58,519 nucleotides of DNA from Pseudomonadota bacterium (GTDB lineage: Bacteria; Pseudomonadota; Alphaproteobacteria; SHVP01). The DNA is taken from positions 1 to 58,519 of the forward strand of contig JADFIH010000002.1 in NCBI GenBank assembly GCA_022566715.1. The letters run 5' to 3'. Below the pieces are notes generated by a model, which was given only the letters and a program-made list of their open reading frames with translations, was not told the DNA's origin and did not search any database. Of the stretch, positions 1 to 9,676 are shown piece by piece. How positions within the stretch are numbered: the first letter of the stretch is position 1; every line of letters starts with the position of its first letter. The translations under genes were made by a program, and so were the position numbers.

Positions 1-199
1 ATTCGCCCGATTCCATGAACGGCCCGATCACGCCCCAGGTCCATTCGAGCCCCCCGGGAAAAGTGGCGAGGTGGCGGTAGATCAGGGGCGCCAGGGCCGC
101 GCCCGAGGTGCGCCGCAGGCCCGCGTAAATCTCCGCCGTGGCGCCGGTCGCCTCGGCTTCCGGCACTTCCGGAAACGGCGTCGTGGTGGTTTGGTTCAC
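1..199 (-). CDS. 5' part of a gene running off the left edge; possibly DehI-family (halocarboxylic acid dehydrogenase DehI-like) N-terminus
   Basis: Reverse-strand translation from GTG (197-199 or 200-202): VNQTTTTPFPEVPEAEATGATAEIYAGLRRTSGAALAPLIYRHLATFPGGLEWTWGVIGPFMESGE. The pattern E..IY..R....P.I.R.LATFPG.L.W.W resembles DehI-family N-termini as I remember them. No clear SD, so the start is uncertain. It is absent from the ORF track because it has no stop inside the window. Confidence 0.35.
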   Translation of the reverse strand, partial: MNQTTTTPFPEVPEAEATGATAEIYAGLRRTSGAALAPLIYRHLATFPGGLEWTWGVIGPFMESGE

Positions 200-560
200 C
201 ACCAGAGCATAAGGAGGTGCCGCGCACCCGGTCAACGGCTGACCTGGGCCAGACCTGGGCCAGACCCGGCGGCGCCGGGCGGGGGATCGTGCTACAAGAG
301 CCCAGGCGGGGAGGAGCCGAGCCACAATGAAGATCGTTGCGCGGCCAGGGATGCCTGACCTGAGGCGCCAAGGGTTCCGGTGGGGGCTTCATGGTTAAGG
401 CCCGGGCAGAGGCCAAATGATCGTGAAGGGCTGCGCCGGGGCTTGATTCGGGAGCCGGAGGTTTCCTAAATTGTCACGGCGGTAAGGGGACTTACCGAAA
501 CGGCCGTCTGAAACGACTGGCCGGAACGATCGGCTGGAATGACTGGCCGGCGAGGGGAGG

Positions 561-1328
561 ATGGATGTGTCCGGACTGCTCGAAGTCCATAACCTGACCA
601 AGAAGTTCGGTCCGCTGACCGCGGTCGACGACGTGTCGTTCACCGTCGCGCAGGGTGAGGTCGTGGGCTTCCTCGGTCCCAACGGCGCCGGCAAATCGAC
701 CACCATGAAGATGATCGCGGGGTTCCTCACGCCGACCGCCGGCCGGGTGCAGGTCTGCGGCCACGACGTTGTCGAGAAGCCGATCGAGATCAAGACGTGC
801 ATCGGCTATTTGCCGGAAGGGGCGCCGCTCTATGGCGACATGACCGCCAAGGCCCTGCTCAATTTCGTGGCCGAGATTCGCGGCTTTCGGGGCGCCGAGC
901 GGCGGCGGCGGATCGATGACGTGGTGGCCAAGGTGAACCTGGAAGAGGCTCTGTTCCGGCCCATCGAGACCCTGTCGAAAGGCTTCAAGCGGCGCGTCGG
1001 CCTGGCCCAGGCCATGTTGCACGATCCCGAGCTTCTCGTGCTCGACGAGCCGACCGATGGCCTCGATCCCAACCAGAAGCACGAGGTGCGCGAGCTGTTG
1101 CGGGGCATGGCGGCCGACAAGGCGATCATCATCTCGACCCACATTCTGGAAGAGGTCGACGCGGTCTGCACCCGGGCCATGATCATTGCCCGTGGAAAGA
1201 TCCTTTTCGACGGGACGCCCGAAGAGCTGCGGGCCGGCGCCGAGGGCGCCGAATCCCTTGACGACGTGTTCCGCGCCATCACGACTGGGGCCGTGGTGGA
1301 CGAGGGCGGGGTGGAAAAGAGCGCCTGA
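561..1328 (+). CDS. ABC transporter ATP-binding protein (ABC-2 / GldA-like subfamily)
   Basis: Walker A GPNGAGKST, signature LSKGFKRR, Walker B LLVLDEP. The stop overlaps the next start (TGATG). SD GAGGGGAGG abuts ATG 561, so GTG 567 is an alternative start. Confidence 0.9.
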   Translation: MDVSGLLEVHNLTKKFGPLTAVDDVSFTVAQGEVVGFLGPNGAGKSTTMKMIAGFLTPTAGRVQVCGHDVVEKPIEIKTCIGYLPEGAPLYGDMTAKALLNFVAEIRGFRGAERRRRIDDVVAKVNLEEALFRPIETLSKGFKRRVGLAQAMLHDPELLVLDEPTDGLDPNQKHEVRELLRGMAADKAIIISTHILEEVDAVCTRAMIIARGKILFDGTPEELRAGAEGAESLDDVFRAITTGAVVDEGGVEKSA

Positions 1329-2062
1329 TGCGAAACACCTACGTCGTCATGAAGCGCGAACTGTTGGCGTATTTCTCGACCCCGGTCGCCTATGTGTTCC
1401 TGGTGATTTTCCTCGCCGCCATCGGCGCCTTCACCTTTTTTCTGGGCGGGTTTTTCGCGCGCGGCCAGGCGGACCTGCAGCCCTTTTTCATGTTCCATCC
1501 CTGGCTCTATCTCTTCCTCATCCCGGCCATCGGCATGCGCCTGTGGTCGGAGGAGCGCAAGACCGGCACGATCGAGCTTTTGATGACCCTGCCGCTTTCG
1601 ACCTTCAACGCGGTCGCCGGCAAGTTCCTGGCCGCCTGGGTTTTCACGGCGCTTGCGCTGGCGCTGACCTTTCCCATCTGGATCACGGTCAACTATCTGG
1701 GCGACCCGGACAACGGCGTCATCGCCGCGGGCTACATCGGAAGCTGGCTCATGGCGGGGGCGTTTTTGTCCCTGGTCGCGTGCCTGTCGGCCCTGACCAA
1801 GAACCAGGTCGTGGCCTTCGTGATCGGGTCGGCGGTCAGCTTTATCTTTCTGACCAGCGGGCTCGACATCGTGTTGAGCGCGTTCCGCTTCTGGGCGCCC
1901 GATTTCGTGGTGGAGGTCATCGCCTCGCTCAGCTTTCTAACCAACTTCCAGGCCGTGTCACGCGGCGTCATCGATCTCCGCGAGGTGATCTTTTTCGTCT
2001 CGATGATTCTGGTCACCCTGTTCATCAACACGGCGATCATCGACCTGAAGAAATCGGGCTAG
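1328..2062 (+). CDS. ABC-2 type transporter permease (GldF-like)
   Basis: 244 aa with about six hydrophobic segments. Translationally coupled to the upstream ATPase. Position and size are typical of the ABC-2 permease that precedes GldG-like genes. Confidence 0.85.
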   Translation: MRNTYVVMKRELLAYFSTPVAYVFLVIFLAAIGAFTFFLGGFFARGQADLQPFFMFHPWLYLFLIPAIGMRLWSEERKTGTIELLMTLPLSTFNAVAGKFLAAWVFTALALALTFPIWITVNYLGDPDNGVIAAGYIGSWLMAGAFLSLVACLSALTKNQVVAFVIGSAVSFIFLTSGLDIVLSAFRFWAPDFVVEVIASLSFLTNFQAVSRGVIDLREVIFFVSMILVTLFINTAIIDLKKSG

Positions 2063-2072
2063 GCGGGTACGG

Positions 2073-3992
2073 ATGAGCGGCGCCAAAACAAGTACCGGGA
2101 AGAAGCCCGTGGACCGCAGGCTCTACTCGATCGGCTCGATCGTACTGGCGATCATCCTGTTTCTGGCGGTCAACATTTTCTCCAACGCCGTTTTCAAGAC
2201 CGCGCGAATCGACCTCACGCAGGAATCGCTGTTCACGGTCTCGCAGGCGACCAAGAACATTCTTGGCGCGCTCGATGAGCCCATCGTCCTGCGCCTCTAT
2301 ATATCGAAGCGGGTGCGCGACGACATTCCCGCGCTGTCGACGTATGCCGACCGGGTCGAGGAACTGTTGCGCCAATATGAACGGCTTGCCGGCGGCAATA
2401 TCCGGCTGGAGGCCTTCGAGCCCGAGCAGTTCTCGCCCGAGGAGGATACCGCCGTCGGCTACGGCATTCAGGGCATTCCGGCCTCGGCGGCGGGCGACGT
2501 GCTGTACTTCGGCCTCGCCGGCACGAACAGCACGGACGACGAGGACATCATCCCGTTCTTCGCGCCGGGCCGCGAGGCGTTCCTGGAATACGATCTGTCG
2601 AAGCTCATCTTTAATCTGTCGCGCCCCAAGAAGACGCTTATCGGGCTGATCTCGTCGTTGCCCCTCACCGCGGACCCGCAGGCGAGGTATGCACCCTGGG
2701 TCGTCCATGAACAGGCGAGCCAATTCTTCGACATGCGAATCATGGGCGGCGAGATCAACGAGATCGACGAGGAAGTCGACATCTTGATGCTGGTTCAGCC
2801 CACGAGCCTGGATGACCGGACGCTCTATGCCATCGACCAATATTTCCTCCGGGGCGGGCCGGGGCTCATCTTTGTCGATCCGCATTCGGAAAATTTCCCG
2901 CAACCGCAGGGACGCCAGCGGCAGTACAGGCCGCCGCCCGATCACACCCTGGGCCCCCTGTTCGAGGCCTGGGGAATCGATGTGCCGCTGGACCAGGTGG
3001 TGGGCGACCGGATCGCGGCGCAGCGCGTGAACGCGGTCAGCGCCGGGCGCCGGATCGTCACCGAGTATCTGCCCTGGTTGTCGCTCGGCCGCGCCGGTAT
3101 CGAGGCGGACGACGTGGTCACCGCGGAGATCGAGCGGGTGACCCTGTTGTCGCCGGGACATCTGGTGCAGCGCGAGGACTCAACCCTCGAGATGACGCCG
3201 CTCCTGTTTTCGAGCGAGCAATCCATGCTCATCGACGTGAACGATATCCGCCCCCTGCCGAACCCCCTGGCCCTTCTGACGGACTTCCGGGCGGAGAACA
3301 CGAACTACGTCTTGGCGGCGCGCTTCTCCGGCTCGCTGAAGACGGCCTTTCCCGACGGGCCGCCCAAGCGCGTGAACCCGCGTGGCGAAGAGGTGGTGGA
3401 GGAGTCCGATTCGATACCGCAGCTTTTCGAATCGCGAGTGCCCACCAACATCATCGTGGTCGCCGACACGGACCTGCTCGCCGACCGGACCTGGCTGCGC
3501 GGCGTTGGCGGCACGGCGGTGCCGATCGCCCAGAACGGCGACTTCGTGGTCAACGCGCTCGACAACCTCGCCGGCAGCGCCGACCTTATCGCCCTGCGCG
3601 GGCGCGGCCTGTCGAACCGGCCGTTCGGCACCGTCGCCGAAATCCGCCGGGACGCCGAGCTCGAGTTCAGGTCCAAGGAACGCGAGTTGATCGAATCCCT
3701 GCGCGAGGCGGAGCAGCGCATCGTCCAGTTGCAGCAAGAGGACGAGGGCAGCGCCTTCCTGTCCACGGAACAAAGCGATGCCATCGAGAGCTTCCGCGCC
3801 GACATGCTGGTCAAGCGGGCCGAGTTGCGCGAGGTACAGCACGCACTCGTTCGCGACATCGACCGGCTCGAATCCATCCTCAAGGTGCTGAACATCGGCG
3901 CCATTCCCCTTCTCATCGGCCTTTTCGCGATCGGCCTCGCGGTCATGCGGCGCGTGCGTTTCAGCCGCCGCATCCGCGGCCTGCACGCCTAA
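2073..3992 (+). CDS. GldG-like ABC transporter auxiliary protein (large extracytoplasmic domain, N- and C-terminal TM anchors)
   Basis: 639 aa. N-terminal TM YSIGSIVLAIILFLAVNIF and C-terminal TM IGAIPLLIGLFAIGLAV. It follows the ATPase/permease pair as in gldAFG-type loci. Confidence 0.75.
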   Translation: MSGAKTSTGKKPVDRRLYSIGSIVLAIILFLAVNIFSNAVFKTARIDLTQESLFTVSQATKNILGALDEPIVLRLYISKRVRDDIPALSTYADRVEELLRQYERLAGGNIRLEAFEPEQFSPEEDTAVGYGIQGIPASAAGDVLYFGLAGTNSTDDEDIIPFFAPGREAFLEYDLSKLIFNLSRPKKTLIGLISSLPLTADPQARYAPWVVHEQASQFFDMRIMGGEINEIDEEVDILMLVQPTSLDDRTLYAIDQYFLRGGPGLIFVDPHSENFPQPQGRQRQYRPPPDHTLGPLFEAWGIDVPLDQVVGDRIAAQRVNAVSAGRRIVTEYLPWLSLGRAGIEADDVVTAEIERVTLLSPGHLVQREDSTLEMTPLLFSSEQSMLIDVNDIRPLPNPLALLTDFRAENTNYVLAARFSGSLKTAFPDGPPKRVNPRGEEVVEESDSIPQLFESRVPTNIIVVADTDLLADRTWLRGVGGTAVPIAQNGDFVVNALDNLAGSADLIALRGRGLSNRPFGTVAEIRRDAELEFRSKERELIESLREAEQRIVQLQQEDEGSAFLSTEQSDAIESFRADMLVKRAELREVQHALVRDIDRLESILKVLNIGAIPLLIGLFAIGLAVMRRVRFSRRIRGLHA

Positions 3993-4006
3993 CCGGGACG
4001 AGGGCC

Positions 4007-5089
4007 ATGAACCCCAGGGTATTCGCGGGACTGGCGCTGGCGACCGTCATCATGGTCGTGGCCGCGGGTCTGGCCGTCGTGTTGGAGGACAATCCGCAGA
4101 CCGTACTGCAAGACCGCAAGCCCGCTTTCCCCAAGCTGGTCGAGCGCCTCAACGAGGCGGTGTCCATCGAGATCGGCTCGAAGGACGGCAAGTTCACGGT
4201 CACGGGCAGCGGCGAGACCTGGGGCATCGTGGAGAAGAACGGCTATGCGGTCAAACGCGAGACCGTGCGCGACTTTCTGTTGAGCCTTGCGAACCTGCGT
4301 TTGGTCGAGGCCAAGACCAGCCGGGAGGACCGCTACGGGCGCCTCGAGGTCGAGGATATCGAGGCGGACGATGCGGGCTCACGCTTGGTCACGGTGCGGG
4401 ACGGGGAGGGACGGATACTGGCCGATGGGATTATCGGCCGGCGCAAATACTTTCTCTACGTGGACGGCCGCGGCGGCACTTATCTGCGCCGCGCCGGCGA
4501 ACTTCAAGCCTGGCTCGCCGAAGGGGAAATGGACTTCGGCGCGCTGCCCTTCGATTGGCTGAACCGGCTGGTGCTGGAAGTGCCGGCGCAGGACGTTCAG
4601 GACCTCACCATTGCGCAACCGGACTCCGAGACCCTGGTTCTCAAAAGGGACGAGCGCGGGCAGGTGAACTTTACGGTGCTCGGCGCCCCCGAGGGCGGCG
4701 AGTTGAAGACGGAGACCGAAGCGGACCGCTTGGCGTTCGTCGTCGCGAAGTTCGAGTTCGACGACGTGGAACCGGTCGAGAACGTCTCCTTCGAAGGCCC
4801 GCTGCATACCGCCACCTACACGACCTTCGACGGCTTGCGCATCGTGATCGAGGTGGCCAGCAAGGAAATCGTATCCGTTCGACTCACGGACGATCCGCCG
4901 GTGGAGCTTTGGGCCCGCATCCGCGCCGAGGCCGCCGACGGCGTGAGCGCGGAGTCGCGCGCGACGGTGACCGCCCGGGCCGAGGAAATCAACGCCAAAA
5001 CCCGGCCCTGGGCCTACAAGGTCGACGAGTTGATGGGAAACCGGCTGACCAAGCGTCTCGCCCAACTCTACAAGGAGCCGGGCGCCTAG
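4007..5089 (+). CDS. DUF4340-like membrane-anchored protein (usual partner of GldG-like genes)
   Basis: 360 aa with an N-terminal anchor VFAGLALATVIMVVAAGLAVV. It starts 14 nt after the gldG-like stop. The family call rests on context and architecture only. Confidence 0.55.
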   Translation: MNPRVFAGLALATVIMVVAAGLAVVLEDNPQTVLQDRKPAFPKLVERLNEAVSIEIGSKDGKFTVTGSGETWGIVEKNGYAVKRETVRDFLLSLANLRLVEAKTSREDRYGRLEVEDIEADDAGSRLVTVRDGEGRILADGIIGRRKYFLYVDGRGGTYLRRAGELQAWLAEGEMDFGALPFDWLNRLVLEVPAQDVQDLTIAQPDSETLVLKRDERGQVNFTVLGAPEGGELKTETEADRLAFVVAKFEFDDVEPVENVSFEGPLHTATYTTFDGLRIVIEVASKEIVSVRLTDDPPVELWARIRAEAADGVSAESRATVTARAEEINAKTRPWAYKVDELMGNRLTKRLAQLYKEPGA

Positions 5090-5129
5090 CCCCAGGCGGA
5101 AATGATTCTCGCGGCGCCGGGCCTTTCGC

Positions 5130-5194
5130 CTAGAGCAGCATCCGTTCAGGTGGAATCGGCTGCGCCGATCACTGAACGGATAAAGCTGCTCTAG
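5130..5194. repeat. long imperfect hairpin element of the 'ctagagc...gctctag' type
   Basis: The arms ctagagcagcatccgttcag / ctgaacggataaagctgctctag pair around a ~20-nt loop. Confidence 0.7.
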
Positions 5195-5206
5195 CATCTT
5201 GAGAAG

Positions 5207-5267
5207 TAGAGCAATTTTATCCGAATGATTGAGCCGCGTCGGTTCAGTCATTCGGATATTGCTCTAG
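5207..5267. repeat. second tandem hairpin element of the 'tagagc...gctcta' type
   Basis: The arms tagagcaattttatccgaatga / tcattcggatattgctcta pair. It lies directly adjacent to the first hairpin. Confidence 0.7.
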
Positions 5268-5348
5268 GCGCGCGGATGGCTATCGTTGGCCGCGCTCACT
5301 CCAGTTCCAAAGGCCCAATAGCAAAGGCCCAATAGTAGAGGCGGAGTC

Positions 5349-6512
5349 ATGGGACCCCTTGCGGGCGTCAGGATCATCGAAATGGCGGGCATCGGCCCGG
5401 CCCCCTTTTGCGCCATGCTGCTCGCGGACCTGGGCGCCGAGGTCCTGCGCCTCGACCGGACTGAACCCTCGGGCCTGGGCATCGGCATGGCGCCGCGCTT
5501 CGACCTTTTGAACCGGGGGCGGCGCTCCCTCGCCATCGATCTCAAGCGGCCCGACGGGAGCGCGGCGGCGCTGCGGCTCATCGGGCGGGCCGACGCGCTG
5601 ATCGAGGGCTTCCGTCCGGGCGTCATGGAACGCTTGGGCCTGGGGCCGGACGACTGCTTTTCCGGCAACCCGCGCCTGGTCTACGGCCGCATGACGGGCT
5701 GGGGGCAGGACGGGCCGCTCGCCAAGACCGCCGGACACGACATCAATTACATCGCCCTGTCGGGCGCGCTGCACGCCATCGGCCGGGAAGGGCAGGCGCC
5801 TGTACCGCCCCTGAACCTGGTCGGGGATTTCGGCGGCGGCGCGGCCTACCTGGCCCTGGGGGTCGTCGCGGCCCTGTTCGAGGCGCGCCAATCGGGCCAG
5901 GGTCAGGTGGTGGACGCCAGCATGGTCGAAGGATCGGCGAGCCTGATGACGATGTTTTTCGGCCTGCGGGCGGCGGACCTGTGGCAAGACGCGCGCGGCG
6001 TCAACGCCATCGACACGGGCGCACCCTATTACGACACCTATGAGACCAAGGACGGGCGCTGGGTGGCCGTGGGCGCGATCGAGCCGAAGTTCTACGCCGC
6101 GCTGCTCGAACGCATGGGCCTGGGCGGCGCGGACTTGCCGGCGCAGGACGACCGGACGCGCTGGCCCGATCTGAAGCGCCGGTTCGCTGAAGTCTTCCGC
6201 GCCAAGACGCGCGACGAGTGGTGCGGGATCATGGAAGGATCGGACGCCTGTTTCGCGCCGGTGCTGTCCCTTGCCGAGGTGAGCGGCCATCCCCACAATC
6301 GGGCGCGCAGCAGCTTTAGCGAACGGGACGGGATCGTTCAGCCCGCGCCGGCGCCGCGCTTCAGCCGCACCCAGGCCGAAGCCGGGGCGTCACCGCCGCA
6401 TGCCGGCGCACATTCGAAAGCCGCCCTCGCCGATTGGGGCTTCGCGCCGGAGGAGGTGGCGGACTTGATCGAGTCGGGCGCCGTGAGGCATGTTGAGGAT
6501 GCGGCCGCTTAA
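5349..6512 (+). CDS. family III CoA-transferase (CaiB/BaiF; alpha-methylacyl-CoA racemase-like)
   Basis: The N-terminus [36 protein letters not shown] is the characteristic family III CoA-transferase opening. 387 aa. Confidence 0.85.
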   Translation: MGPLAGVRIIEMAGIGPAPFCAMLLADLGAEVLRLDRTEPSGLGIGMAPRFDLLNRGRRSLAIDLKRPDGSAAALRLIGRADALIEGFRPGVMERLGLGPDDCFSGNPRLVYGRMTGWGQDGPLAKTAGHDINYIALSGALHAIGREGQAPVPPLNLVGDFGGGAAYLALGVVAALFEARQSGQGQVVDASMVEGSASLMTMFFGLRAADLWQDARGVNAIDTGAPYYDTYETKDGRWVAVGAIEPKFYAALLERMGLGGADLPAQDDRTRWPDLKRRFAEVFRAKTRDEWCGIMEGSDACFAPVLSLAEVSGHPHNRARSSFSERDGIVQPAPAPRFSRTQAEAGASPPHAGAHSKAALADWGFAPEEVADLIESGAVRHVEDAAA

Positions 6513-6544
6513 ACCGCATCCGGCCCCGCACAAGAAAGCCGCTC

Positions 6545-7312
6545 ATGCCTGAAACTGCCCCCAATGTCGGCCTGCTGGTCACCTGTCTGGTCGATCTGTT
6601 CAGGCCCAGCGTCGGCTTTGCCGCCGTCAAGCTTCTCGAGGACGCGGGCTGCCGGGTCGAGGCGCCGCGCGCGCAAACCTGTTGCGGCCAGCCGGCCTAC
6701 AACTCGGGCGACAAGAGGGACGCCAAGGCGCTCGCGCGCAACGTCATCGACGCCTTCGCCGATTTCGATTATGTCGTGGTGCCCTCGGGTTCCTGCGCCG
6801 GCATGGTGCGCAAGCACTACCCCGCTCTGCTTGCCGACGACGCCAAGTATGCGGACAAGGCCCGTGATCTCGCGGCGCGCACCCACGAGCTCATGGCGTT
6901 CCTGGTCGACGTTCGCGGGGTCGAAAAGTCGGACGCGCGGTACGAGGGGACGGTCGCCTACCACGATTCGTGTTCGTCGCTGCGCGAACTGGGCGTGCAC
7001 GATCAACCGCGCCGGTTGCTGCGCACGGTGGCGGGCCTGAACCTCGTTGAGGTTCCCGACGGCGAGGTTTGTTGCGGCTTTGGCGGAATTTTCGCGCTCA
7101 AGTACGGCGACATCTCCGGCGAGATCGTGCGCAAGAAGGCGGACGCAATCGAGAGCACGGGCGCGGATACCGTGTGCGCCGCCGATCTCGGTTGCCTGCT
7201 GAACATCGCCGGGCGCCTGCAGCGCGAGGGCAGCGGCATCAAAGTGCGTCATGTCGCCGAGATTCTGGCCGGAATGACGGAACTCCCGCCAATCGCCGAA
7301 GGCCGCCGCTGA
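6545..7312 (+). CDS. lutA: lactate utilization protein A (Fe-S oxidoreductase with CCG domains)
   Basis: Two CCG motifs (QTCCGQPAYNSG, EVCCGFGG). 255 aa. Followed by lutB and lutC homologues. Confidence 0.85.
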   Translation: MPETAPNVGLLVTCLVDLFRPSVGFAAVKLLEDAGCRVEAPRAQTCCGQPAYNSGDKRDAKALARNVIDAFADFDYVVVPSGSCAGMVRKHYPALLADDAKYADKARDLAARTHELMAFLVDVRGVEKSDARYEGTVAYHDSCSSLRELGVHDQPRRLLRTVAGLNLVEVPDGEVCCGFGGIFALKYGDISGEIVRKKADAIESTGADTVCAADLGCLLNIAGRLQREGSGIKVRHVAEILAGMTELPPIAEGRR

Positions 7313-8730
7313 TGCAGCCGACCAGCGCCAATTTCATTGCCAACGCCCGGGACGCCATCGCCGACGATAACCTGCAATTGGCGATCGCGCGGGTTGGCGA
7401 GAATTTCGGCGCCAAGCGCCAGCAGGCCGTCGACAAACTGCCCGAATTCGACGCCTTGTGCGGCCGCGCCGTCGAGATCAAGGACGATGTGCTCGCGCAC
7501 CTCGATTATTACCTCGAGGTTTACGAACGGGCCGTAACCGCGAGCGGCGGGCACGTTCACTGGTGCGCCACCGTGGAGGAAGCGTGCGAGACCGTGTTGC
7601 GCCTGTGCCGGTCCGTCGACGCCAAGACCGTTACCAAGGGCAAGTCGATGATCGGCGAGGAAATGGAGATCAATCCCTACCTCGAACGGCACGGCATCGA
7701 GCCCATCGAGACGGACCTGGGGGAATACATCATTCAACTGGCCGGCGAGCCGCCCAGTCACATCATCGCGCCCGCCGTTCATAAAACCAAGGAACAGGTC
7801 ACCGATCTGTTCCACGAGCATCACCGCAAGTTCGGTAAAACGGAGCGTCTGACCGAGGGCGAAGACCTGGTGGCGGAGGCGCGCGAGCTGCTGCGCGGCA
7901 AATATCTCGCGGCCGATGTGGGCATCACCGGCGCCAACTTCCTGATCGCCGAAACCGGATCGTCGATCATCGTCACCAACGAGGGCAACGGCGACCTCAC
8001 GCAGATGCTGCCGAAGATGCATATCGTCCTGGCCAGTCTGGAGAAGGTCGTCCCCACGCTGGAGGACGCCGCGACACTCCTGCGCCTGCTGGCGCGTTCG
8101 GCGTCGGGGCAGGAGATGTCGTCCTACACGACGCTTTCCACCGGACCACGCCGCGCGGACGATCCCGACGGGCCCGGCGAATATCACGTCGTTCTGCTCG
8201 ACAATGGACGCAGCGAACTTCTCGGCGGCGAGTTTCAGGACATCCTGCGCTGCATCCGCTGCGGCGCCTGTTACAATCATTGCCCCGTCTATACCTCGGT
8301 CGGCGGACACGCCTACGGCTGGGTCTACGGGGGGCCGATGGGGGCCGTCCTGACCCCCGCCCTGATCGGCCTCGCCGAGGCCCGGCACCTTCCCAGCGCC
8401 ACGCCCTTCTGTGGGCGCTGCGAGGAAGTCTGCCCCATGCAAATTCCCCTGCCCAAGATGATGCGCCATTGGCGCGAACAAAGCTTTCAGCGCCGCCTGA
8501 CGCCGGGGCGCGAGCGGCTGGCGGTTGCGCTCTGGGCCTGGTTCGCGCGGCGGCCCGCGCTCTATCACCTGGGCGCGCGGTTCGCCATCGGTTGGTTGTT
8601 CCGCCGGGCGCGCGGGCGCGGCCATATGCGAAAGGTCCCCTTCATGCGCGGCTGGACCCTGACGCGGGATTTGCCGGCGCCCGAAGGCGGCACCTTCCAG
8701 CAGCAGTGGCGCCGGCGGAAACGAGCGTGA
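7312..8730 (+). CDS. lutB: lactate utilization protein B (4Fe-4S cluster-binding, LUD domain)
   Basis: Ferredoxin-type motifs CIRCGACYNHCPVY and CGRCEEVCPMQIP. The start is set at ATG 7312 (MQPTSANFIANARDA), which overlaps the lutA stop (TGATG). The track ORF from 7069 is an upstream read-through. Confidence 0.85.
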   Translation: MQPTSANFIANARDAIADDNLQLAIARVGENFGAKRQQAVDKLPEFDALCGRAVEIKDDVLAHLDYYLEVYERAVTASGGHVHWCATVEEACETVLRLCRSVDAKTVTKGKSMIGEEMEINPYLERHGIEPIETDLGEYIIQLAGEPPSHIIAPAVHKTKEQVTDLFHEHHRKFGKTERLTEGEDLVAEARELLRGKYLAADVGITGANFLIAETGSSIIVTNEGNGDLTQMLPKMHIVLASLEKVVPTLEDAATLLRLLARSASGQEMSSYTTLSTGPRRADDPDGPGEYHVVLLDNGRSELLGGEFQDILRCIRCGACYNHCPVYTSVGGHAYGWVYGGPMGAVLTPALIGLAEARHLPSATPFCGRCEEVCPMQIPLPKMMRHWREQSFQRRLTPGRERLAVALWAWFARRPALYHLGARFAIGWLFRRARGRGHMRKVPFMRGWTLTRDLPAPEGGTFQQQWRRRKRA

Positions 8731-8761
8731 GCGCCCCCGTGAAAACCCCCATGAGTGCGAT

Positions 8762-9457
8762 ATGAGTAACAAGACGCAAGGGGGCCGGGCCACCATCCTT
8801 GGCTGGATTCGCGGATCGCTCGACCGCGGCGAATTGTCCGCCGAGCAGCGCGCGGCGATCGATTCGCGGTTGGCCAATCCCCGGCGAAATTTGATACCGG
8901 CGCGGGCCCAGGTCGATCACGCCGCCCAAGTCGAGTTGTTTTTGGAGTACCTGGGCGCGGCGAACGGAACCTTCACACGGGTTGCGGCGGAAGCCGATGC
9001 GCCCAAGGCCCTGTCGGAATACCTGAGCAGCCAGAACCTTCCGCAACGGGTCGCCATGGCGCCCGATGCCTGGCTCCAAGGACTTCCCTGGGAGAAAGGG
9101 GCGCCCCTGCTCGAGCGCCGCGCCGGCCCGGCCCGGCCCGAGGACCAAGTCGGCGTCACCGGCGCCCTGGCCGGGATTGCCGAGACCGGGACCCTGATGC
9201 TCGTCTCCGGACCGGACAGCCCGTCCACGCTCACCATGCTGCCCGAAACCCATGTGGTCGTGCTGCGGGCGAGCCAGATCATCGGGGCCATGGAGGACGG
9301 CTGGGACGCCCTGCGAAAGCGCGAAGGACAGGGCAAAATGCCCCGAACGGCTATCTTCATCACGGGCCCGTCGCGCACCGGCGACATTGAAATGCATATG
9401 TATCTCGGCGCCCATGGCCCCCGAAGGCTGCACGTCATTTTTATTGATGAATCATAG
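8762..9457 (+). CDS. lutC: lactate utilization protein C (LUD domain)
   Basis: 231 aa, third gene of the lutABC arrangement. The C-terminal ...GPSRTGDIE... motif is typical of LutC/YkgG. Confidence 0.8.
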   Translation: MSNKTQGGRATILGWIRGSLDRGELSAEQRAAIDSRLANPRRNLIPARAQVDHAAQVELFLEYLGAANGTFTRVAAEADAPKALSEYLSSQNLPQRVAMAPDAWLQGLPWEKGAPLLERRAGPARPEDQVGVTGALAGIAETGTLMLVSGPDSPSTLTMLPETHVVVLRASQIIGAMEDGWDALRKREGQGKMPRTAIFITGPSRTGDIEMHMYLGAHGPRRLHVIFIDES

Positions 9458-9676
9458 AGTTAAGAGTGATTTCTAACTTTGTGATGTAGGGCACTCGCGG
9501 GGCCGCGGCGTCCGCCCCTAACCCGCCCGGGGTACTTCGTCCGGTCACTCCAATCAGGAATCTTCATTCCACCGCCGAACCCGGCCTATAATGTGCCAAC
9601 GCCAGCCCTCCCGAGCGGGGAGGGACAAGAGCGGTCACGCCGGAGTGAACTCCGGTGGGGGAAATGGGAGGTACCG

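Noticed and set aside
71-358. 95-aa plus-strand ORF, an orphan perfect SD AAGGAGGTG at 211-219, and an 11-bp tandem duplication cctgggccaga x2 at 243-264.
   Set aside because: The ORF is Arg/Gly-rich and overlaps the better-supported minus-strand DehI-like N-terminus. No start codon lies at a usable distance after the SD. The duplication is too short to interpret.
9541-9676. Partial resemblance to cobalamin riboswitch elements (aatcaggaatc, ccgg.gtgaa.tccgg) and to the guanidine-III GGACAAGA motif (gggacaagagcgg).
   Set aside because: The B12 box and the required pseudoknot/stem topology are not present. The resemblances are short and could arise by chance in GC-rich sequence.
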